Positions 1 through 5,515 of a DNA stretch of 6,073 bases are shown here, in pieces (the first letter of the stretch is position 1; each line of letters begins with the position of its first letter). The stretch covers positions 105,946-112,018 of the forward strand of contig JALVPN010000110.1 in assembly GCA_027031765.1 (NCBI GenBank), read 5' to 3'. The translations under genes and the position numbers were made by a program. The notes under the pieces were generated by a model. The model was given only the letters and a program-made list of their open reading frames with translations, had not been told where the DNA came from and searched no databases. Source of the stretch: Promethearchaeota archaeon. Lineage in GTDB: Archaea; Asgardarchaeota; Thorarchaeia; Thorarchaeales; Thorarchaeaceae.

Positions 1-1
1 C

Positions 2-1105
2 GTGCGGGTCACAATCCACAACCGGTCAAACAGGCATTTCGACTTCATAGAGTGCCATGACCTGTACCCGGAAACGTGGGTCCTCGCAATCGGTGAGAAC
101 TTCATCGCATCGCGTATCGAGCCCGGCGACAGCATCACATTCTCATACATCTTGCAGGTGCGGATGCGTGGCCGCTACGAGCTGGGGCCGACAGAAGTAA
201 TCCTCAGGGACCGCCTAGGCCTCCACTACTACAAGCGGACACTGCGCGCGCCCACAGAAATCCTCGTATATCCCACCTACAAGGATGTCCGCCGTCTGGA
301 GGCCCTTGGCAAACAGAGACAGCTCGGCCTGATGTTCGGGGCACACCGGACGAAGACGGTCGGTATGGGCACTGACTTTACGGGCTTCCGGGAATACGTA
401 CCCGGTGATGCCTTCCGGCTCATTGACTGGAAGGCAAGTGCCCGCAGGGGCGACCTTGTTGTGAAACAGTACGAGATGGAGAAGAACATCCAGATCATCT
501 GCATGGTCGACTCGAGTGGCAGCATGGGCAACGGTTATCCTGAGAACACAAAGCTGGAGTATGCAATCCGTGCGGCGGTGCTCCTCACACACATGGGCCT
601 TGAACGAAAGGACCTCGTGGGGACGTGTGTGTTCTCGGACCGCGTCCACGCCTACGTGCCGCCATCTGCAAGTCCTGGCCACATGTATGCTGTCCTTGAG
701 GCCCTTGCCATGGCAGAGCCCCGGGGCTGGAGCGACTATGAGGGTGCCATAGGCTACGTCTGCAAGCAGACCCGGAAACGGTCGCTAGTGATCTGGCTGA
801 CAGACCTCGAAGAGAGCCCTGCCCCTCTCATCAATGCCATGAAGACTGTGGTCGCAAACGGTCACCGGGCAATGATAATCAGCCCCTTCGGTCCGTGGTT
901 TGAGGCGCCGGTCGGTCAGTTTGGCCCCCTTGAGAAGGTGCTTGCTGAGGCCGTGTCCGAGGAGCTGTGGGAGCGGCGCGCCAAGATTGGGCGGGCGCTC
1001 GCCCGCTTTGGCATCTCTGTGGTGAATGTCGGCCCAGAGGACTTCCTGCCTACAATTATGAAGCAATACGAGCTCGCCAAGAAGAAGGGGGTGGCCATGC
1101 TTTGA
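2..1105 (+). CDS. DUF58 domain protein (COG1721-type, MoxR-associated, with vWA/MIDAS motif); 5'-truncated by the window edge
   Basis: Canonical DUF58 signature GTDFTGFREYVPGDAFRLIDWKASAR, followed by a MIDAS-like DxSxS motif (VDSSGSM), a vWA-like core and LVIWLTDL. The N-terminal part is beta-rich and Ig-like. The frame is open from the window start; stop TGA at 1103-1105. Confidence 0.93.
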   Translation: MRVTIHNRSNRHFDFIECHDLYPETWVLAIGENFIASRIEPGDSITFSYILQVRMRGRYELGPTEVILRDRLGLHYYKRTLRAPTEILVYPTYKDVRRLEALGKQRQLGLMFGAHRTKTVGMGTDFTGFREYVPGDAFRLIDWKASARRGDLVVKQYEMEKNIQIICMVDSSGSMGNGYPENTKLEYAIRAAVLLTHMGLERKDLVGTCVFSDRVHAYVPPSASPGHMYAVLEALAMAEPRGWSDYEGAIGYVCKQTRKRSLVIWLTDLEESPAPLINAMKTVVANGHRAMIISPFGPWFEAPVGQFGPLEKVLAEAVSEELWERRAKIGRALARFGISVVNVGPEDFLPTIMKQYELAKKKGVAML

Positions 1106-2481
1106 AGGCAATCACTTGGTTTCTCAGGGTGCTGTCAACAGCCACCTTCGCATGCATGTGCTGGCTGGTATACCGTGCACTGTCCGGCCACTGGCGGTGG
1201 GACGCACCCTACGTGTTCATCGTGACAGTGTTCAGACTCCTCTCCTTCATCTTCTTCTTCATCAGCATAATGATGCTCGTGGGCTTCCTCATGGCCCTTA
1301 CCGGTTCGCCACCCAATGACCTTGTTGTTGGTCTGTACAATACCCTGACCCTTCGCCTGTGGTACATGCAACCCTACCATGTATCAGGCCCCCTCGTCAA
1401 TATCGGGGAGGTGTTCTCGGCCTTCATGTTCAGCATGAACCGCCTCCTCGTAGAGCTCTGGGATACAACCTTCGTGTTCCTGTACTTCCTGTTTGCAGGT
1501 GTTGGCGTCGCGCTGTTCCTGCAGTCCATGGTGCGACTGCAACACAAGTTCGTTGGCGGGGCGTTCGTATCCATCCAACTCATCCTAGTTGTCGCTGCCT
1601 TCCGTGGGCTGCCGGGTGTCCCAGACTTCACAGTGTTCCCCAGCGACTTCGTGACCTTTGTTACCAGCTCCCTCCAGATGTTTGCCTTGGTTTCCTTTGC
1701 GTACCTTGAGATAAGCTTCCAGATGATCTACAGCGACTCGGTCGGGAAACCCGTCGAGGAACGCGAGGAGATGCTCCAGAAACAGCTGCTGCTCCTCCGT
1801 CAGGCAACCCGAAAACAGGACGCCATCGAGCGTGGTGAACGGCTCGGGACCACTCCTCTCGGGCGGTCTGCAGGCGCGACCGCCTTCTCGTTTCTCCGTG
1901 AGGCCATCGAGCGCAAGGTGATTGGCGACAAGGATGTCCTTGAGAACCTCGATGCAATCAGTGATGTGCGTCGACTACAGAACTATGTGGATCAGGTCTT
2001 CGCCTCCGACCCGCGTGCCAAGGACGAGCTCACCGCACGGGCTGCGGCTCCGTCTGGCGCCTACGTCCTCAGCTCGACCCTTGTGGGGTCTGCCTTCCGG
2101 TTCTTGGCAGTCATATCTCTCTCTTTTCTACTGATGAGCCCACAGTTCTTTGTGTCGGTGTTGAACCTGTCACCGGGGGTGCAGGACAGCCTCGCGCTGC
2201 AACAGCCGGAAATCCTCCTCTTGTTCTTGGTGCCAATAGTCTTCCTCTTCCCGTTCTTGGCGGTTCTGATAAGTGCCGTTTCCGGTCGTGAGGAACTCAT
2301 TACTGAGGAGCGCAGGCGCGAACGTAGGGCACGTGAGGCCGAGCTGGAGCAAATGCGTAAGGAGGCTGAGGAACGGCGCAAGGAACGGGAACGGGCACGA
2401 CGTGAACGGATACGACACGAAGGGACTGATGAATGGGACGAGGCACTACGCTCGACCTATGATTATGACCGGTCAGGTTAG
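1102..2481 (+). CDS. Uncharacterised multi-pass membrane protein (about 459 aa, roughly 7-8 TM segments by eye) with a central soluble loop and a C-terminal E/R-rich helix
   Basis: Long ORF with several F/L/V/I-rich hydrophobic stretches. The track start (967) lies inside the DUF58 gene. An in-frame TTG at 1102-1104 overlaps the DUF58 stop (TTGA) and is preceded by GGGGGTG at 1087-1093, so 1102 is the preferred start. Confidence 0.85.
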   Translation: MKAITWFLRVLSTATFACMCWLVYRALSGHWRWDAPYVFIVTVFRLLSFIFFFISIMMLVGFLMALTGSPPNDLVVGLYNTLTLRLWYMQPYHVSGPLVNIGEVFSAFMFSMNRLLVELWDTTFVFLYFLFAGVGVALFLQSMVRLQHKFVGGAFVSIQLILVVAAFRGLPGVPDFTVFPSDFVTFVTSSLQMFALVSFAYLEISFQMIYSDSVGKPVEEREEMLQKQLLLLRQATRKQDAIERGERLGTTPLGRSAGATAFSFLREAIERKVIGDKDVLENLDAISDVRRLQNYVDQVFASDPRAKDELTARAAAPSGAYVLSSTLVGSAFRFLAVISLSFLLMSPQFFVSVLNLSPGVQDSLALQQPEILLLFLVPIVFLFPFLAVLISAVSGREELITEERRRERRAREAELEQMRKEAEERRKERERARRERIRHEGTDEWDEALRSTYDYDRSG

Positions 2482-2494
2482 GAGCTGAAATCTG

Positions 2495-3487
2495 TTGACT
2501 GGGACTGCCATTCTTACTCATGGTGACCTCGATGGTATCACATCTGGTGCAATCTCACTGCTGGCCCACCCGTCCTCTGACGTCTACTTCTCCCGGCCCT
2601 CGCAGATTGCCAATGACCTGCGTCGTGTGGCCCGTGACAGTCCATCTGTGGTCGTCATCAGTGACATCGCAGTGAACGTGACCCTGTTCCCTGAGATACT
2701 AAGGGCACTTGAACGCTTCCCGGACTCGACCGTCGTCCACTGGATTGACCACCATCCAATACTTGACAGGCAACGAGAGGGGCTCGCGAAACGTGTTGAC
2801 CTGTTCCATGAAGTCGGCCCCTGTGCGGCTGAGCTCGTATACCGCAAGTTCGAGCCGCAGCTCCCTGAACATGCTGTCAGACTGGCCCTATACGGTGCAA
2901 TTGGTGACTACTGTGATGGTACGCCCTTTGCTGTTTCCCGACTTGAGGACTACGACAAGCGTACCCTCTACCTTGAGGCCGGCCTCCTCGTCCAGGCACT
3001 CCAGGAGATTGACTACCGTCACGAGAGCCGCGAACTCCTCCGGGCGCTCAGTCTTGGCATCCAGCCGAGCTCGATGGGGGACATCGTTGCCCTTGCCATG
3101 AAAGCGACGCGGATTGAGCACGAGATCTTCAGATACGTCAGGCAGGCTGCCAAGAAACACGGCCCTGTGGGCTATGTCATCGACATGCCCCTTGGGGGCT
3201 ACCGTGGGAAGTCCGCAAAGTTCGCAGCCTACGTCACTGACTCGAAGGTCGGCATCAGCGCCCGCTCATCTGATGGGGAGGTGGACATGAGCATCCGCAG
3301 GCGCAGGGCTGAGGTCGACCTCAACCGCGCCCTCCAAGAGGTGCTTGCAGACTTCGATGGTGCACACGGTGGTGGTCACCCAGCTGCCGCAGGTGCCAGC
3401 ATGTCGCGTGCGGACTTCCTGGAATTCGTGAGGCGTCTTGCAGAATACGTCGAGTCCATACGACCGGGGTCGACAGGTGCTGTGTAG
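2495..3487 (+). CDS. DHH/DHHA1 family phosphoesterase (archaeal RecJ-like/nanoRNase-like), 330 aa
   Basis: All family motifs are visible: THGDLDG (motif I), VVISD (II), WIDHH (III), CAAELVY, GAIGD (IV), and the DHHA1 elements MSIRR and GGGHPAAAG. TTG start with SD-like GGAGCTGA at 2481-2488. The substrate cannot be determined from sequence. Confidence 0.92.
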   Translation: MTGTAILTHGDLDGITSGAISLLAHPSSDVYFSRPSQIANDLRRVARDSPSVVVISDIAVNVTLFPEILRALERFPDSTVVHWIDHHPILDRQREGLAKRVDLFHEVGPCAAELVYRKFEPQLPEHAVRLALYGAIGDYCDGTPFAVSRLEDYDKRTLYLEAGLLVQALQEIDYRHESRELLRALSLGIQPSSMGDIVALAMKATRIEHEIFRYVRQAAKKHGPVGYVIDMPLGGYRGKSAKFAAYVTDSKVGISARSSDGEVDMSIRRRRAEVDLNRALQEVLADFDGAHGGGHPAAAGASMSRADFLEFVRRLAEYVESIRPGSTGAV

Positions 3488-3638
3488 TCTTGGTCGTCAG
3501 TGCTCCCCGGCTGGCACGTATACGGCTGCCTGTGGTCGACACCCCCTGACAACAGTTCTCATCCTGTGGCTCCTCTGAATGCTGGGGCCTAGTGCCAGAC
3601 TGCCCTGAGGTGGCGCACCCGGGATGGGCGCATAGTGT

Positions 3639-3947
3639 TCAGTCCCCTGTGTGTCCAAGTATTGCCCTGTAGACCTCCTCTGGAGTCATCCCCCTGACCC
3701 GGAGAGTCTTCTCGCGACTCCTGTGTCCGGAAACTATTGTGACACGGCTCTGAGATACGCCGAGCAGCTTCGAGAGCCGCTTGACGAGCTCGGCGTTGGC
3801 CCGGCCGTCCCGTGGCCGGGCCCGGACGTTCATGACCACCACGTCCTCCTCCACTCCACCCACCAGTGTTCCCTCCTTTGAGCCCGTCCGGACACGCACT
3901 CGCAACAGAGCTCCGCCACCCTCAGCCCATACCGCTCGACCACTCAT
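3639..3947 (-). CDS. yggU: DUF167/UPF0235 (YggU-like) protein, about 102 aa
   Basis: Typical DUF167 pattern LRVRVRTGSK...VRARPRDGRANAELVKRLSKLLGV...VTIVSGHRSREKTLRV. The ATG at 3947 has GGTGA 5 nt upstream; an alternative ATG at 3959 adds 4 aa. Confidence 0.9.
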   Translation of the reverse strand: MSGRAVWAEGGGALLRVRVRTGSKEGTLVGGVEEDVVVMNVRARPRDGRANAELVKRLSKLLGVSQSRVTIVSGHRSREKTLRVRGMTPEEVYRAILGHTGD

Positions 3948-4101
3948 GGTGCTCACCATCTGTGCCCGCGGTGGTCGGCCTGCTATTGAGGTTTTGGGCC
4001 CTGCCCCTCCAACTGTATGTGTGATAAGGACTATGGGCTGTCGTCACAGACGGTGCCTACTGGGCGCCTGCCCCCTTCTAGACACCTATGTGCGGGATTT
4101 C

Positions 4102-4108
4102 TTTTTAT
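4102..4108 (+). promoter_or_regulatory. Putative TATA-like box upstream of profilin 1
   Basis: TTTTTAT lies within the main AT-rich island (ATTTCTTTTTAT, 4097-4108) of the GC-rich divergent intergenic region, about 57 nt upstream of the profilin ATG. There is no clear purine-rich BRE, so orientation is uncertain. Confidence 0.45.
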
Positions 4109-4164
4109 GGGACTCCGGAGTAGATATTGTGCCGAATCCTCAGACTGACGGGGTGAACCAAGGA

Positions 4165-4545
4165 ATGAGTGATCCTGTTATGGATGCCTATACCAAGGCA
4201 TACAACGACTCCGGCCAGATGGTGCAGGCCTGGGGTGTCATCACTACTGCCGGACAGGTGTTGTGGCAGAGCAACAACTGGGACCTCACAGCAGACGCCC
4301 CACAGCTGGCCCAAGCTATTACTAGGGGTGCTACAAGTGTCACGCAGAACATGGTAAAGTACTCGGTGCTCAGGAAGACCGACGACAGTCTCGTGGCCAA
4401 GAACATGCAGGGGAATGGCATCCTGATCTTGGCCCGGATTGAAGGTCCGAAGTGGGTGGTCGCGTGGGCCTCCCCTGATGCGCAGCCCGACCTCGTGTAC
4501 ACCGATGTTGACCGGGCTGCTAGGACACTGAAGGGCAAGATATAA
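4165..4545 (+). CDS. Asgard archaeal profilin (copy 1, canonical-looking), 126 aa
   Basis: Profilin size and pattern: AWGVITTAGQVLWQSNNWDL, and SVTQNMVKYSVLRKTDDSLVAKN aligning to human PFN1 GLTLGGQKCSVIRDS...LRTK, followed by GILILAR, WVVAW and a C-terminal helix. ATG at 4165 with SD GGGGTGA at 4150-4156. The track ORF (3781) is the same frame extended upstream. Confidence 0.88.
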   Translation: MSDPVMDAYTKAYNDSGQMVQAWGVITTAGQVLWQSNNWDLTADAPQLAQAITRGATSVTQNMVKYSVLRKTDDSLVAKNMQGNGILILARIEGPKWVVAWASPDAQPDLVYTDVDRAARTLKGKI

Positions 4546-4630
4546 TCTCCCCTGTCCCTGTGTGACCGGGCCAGCGGCCGTCCGTGGGGCTCGCCAAGGT
4601 GGCCTGTCAGCTACTAGGTGTGGTGGTGTT

Positions 4631-5008
4631 GTGGCGGACGACACTATAGCCACGGAGTGGCAACTCCTACACGCGAACAACCCCTCCATTGGCGCCTTTG
4701 CGGTCTGTCATGGCCCAAAGGTCATCTGGCAGACCGACAACTGGGATCTCGTACCGTTCGCATCCGACATTGTGTGGGGGGCCGAGTCCCAAGCACCATC
4801 AATCACTGTGAGTGGTGTGTCATACGAGCGTGTGGACTCGGCAGAGGACTATTACCTGGGCCTTGCAGAGGGCAGTGGTGGCTGGCTGCTCATCAGTCGC
4901 ATGGAGGTCGACAAGTGGGTGGTGTGCTGGGCTGCGAGGGAGGCCGTCGGTGACCTGGCACTTGTTGATGTTGCCAAGACCGCAACGAACCTCATAGGTG
5001 CCATATGA
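4631..5008 (+). CDS. Divergent profilin-like paralog (copy 2), 125 aa
   Basis: Aligns nearly ungapped to copy 1 (about 37/126 identities by hand): VIWQTDNWDL vs VLWQSNNWDL; KWVVCWA...DL..DV..A..L.G.I vs KWVVAWA...DL..DV..A..L.G.I. A GTG at 4631 preceded by GGTGGTG gives the same length as copy 1. The track start at 4562 adds a non-homologous segment. Confidence 0.8.
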   Translation: MADDTIATEWQLLHANNPSIGAFAVCHGPKVIWQTDNWDLVPFASDIVWGAESQAPSITVSGVSYERVDSAEDYYLGLAEGSGGWLLISRMEVDKWVVCWAAREAVGDLALVDVAKTATNLIGAI

Positions 5009-5201
5009 CTGTTGCTTGACCCGGCTGTTCTTGCCACCATATCTCCCAGCGCTACAACCGGTGGTATGGACGTCTGGGGTGTAGTACAGCGCCATATCTG
5101 CGGTCAGCTGCCTCCACGGCCCGGACACTGCGGTGATGCCACGCCCCTGTCGTCCTGCCTGTTGGTGCCACCACGGCAGTACATGTTCTCCCAACTCCCA
5201 T

Positions 5202-5216
5202 GAAAAGGGTTAAGTA
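5202..5216 (+). promoter_or_regulatory. Putative archaeal BRE + TATA box for the Lrp/AsnC-domain gene
   Basis: Purine run GAAAAGGG is directly followed by TTAAGTA (5210-5216), 45 nt upstream of the ATG at 5261. Confidence 0.6.
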
Positions 5217-5260
5217 TCCCTTGCAGGTGTGCACGGGCAAACAACCGCTGGAGGACGACA

Positions 5261-5494
5261 ATGACAGTCACCGCGTTCATCATGATCAATATTGACGGCA
5301 ACAACCGAAAGGTCCTCGAAGAAATAATGGCAATCGAGGAGACTAGGGAAGCGTACATGGTATTCGGCCCATTTGACATCATAGCAAAGGCGGAGTTCAA
5401 GTCACATGAAGAACTGGGACGGTACGTGGTGGAGAAGATCCGTTCAATCGAGGGCGTAAGCGACACCCAGACGAACGTCTGTGCGGCCTGTTGA
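5261..5494 (+). CDS. Stand-alone Lrp/AsnC ligand-binding (RAM) domain protein without HTH, 77 aa
   Basis: Pattern AFIMINI...VLEEIMAIEETREAYMVFGPFDIIAKAE...EL..YVVEKIRSIEGVSDTQT matches the AsnC_trans_reg domain (VxGxxD, IxxIxGVxxTxT). SD GGAGG at 5250-5254. Confidence 0.9.
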   Translation: MTVTAFIMINIDGNNRKVLEEIMAIEETREAYMVFGPFDIIAKAEFKSHEELGRYVVEKIRSIEGVSDTQTNVCAAC

Positions 5495-5515
5495 GCCCGT
5501 CCTCTTGGCAACTGT

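Noticed and set aside
967-1101. N-terminal 45 aa of the 504-aa track ORF
   Set aside because: It lies entirely within the DUF58 gene in another frame. The TTG at 1102, with an SD and a stop overlap, is a better start.
215-3542. Many short antisense or alternate-frame ORFs over the first three genes (e.g. 215-682, 785-1111, 1359-1709, 2709-3101)
   Set aside because: These are shadow ORFs of GC-rich coding DNA with no recognisable motifs, and they fully overlap well-supported genes.
3497-3568. Possible C/D box sRNA on the minus strand (AGGATGA ... CTGA)
   Set aside because: Box C is imperfect, with no identifiable internal C'/D' boxes or terminal stem.
4562-4630. Upstream GTG start for profilin 2
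   Set aside because: The extra 23 aa are non-homologous to copy 1 and lack a clear SD. The GTG at 4631 matches copy 1 in length.
5006-5100. Possible selenocysteine readthrough or SECIS at the TGA stops of profilin 2 and the Lrp-domain gene (Cys-TGA at 5489-5494)
   Set aside because: Both stops fall where the domain or paralog ends. I found no SECIS-like stem with an apical AA motif, and Lrp readthrough would run into the convergent gene.
5221-5234. TTGCA-GGTG-TGCAC resembling a Sulfolobus Ss-LrpB box
   Set aside because: The spacer is 4 nt and GC-rich rather than 5 nt and AT-rich, and the adjacent Lrp-family protein has no DNA-binding domain.
4105-5511. Minus-strand ORFs 4105-4689, 4188-4538, 4820-5194, 5052-5261, 5104-5511 and plus-strand ORF 5012-5203
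   Set aside because: They are mostly antisense to the profilin or Lrp genes, or have low-information composition. None shows domain similarity or a convincing start signal.
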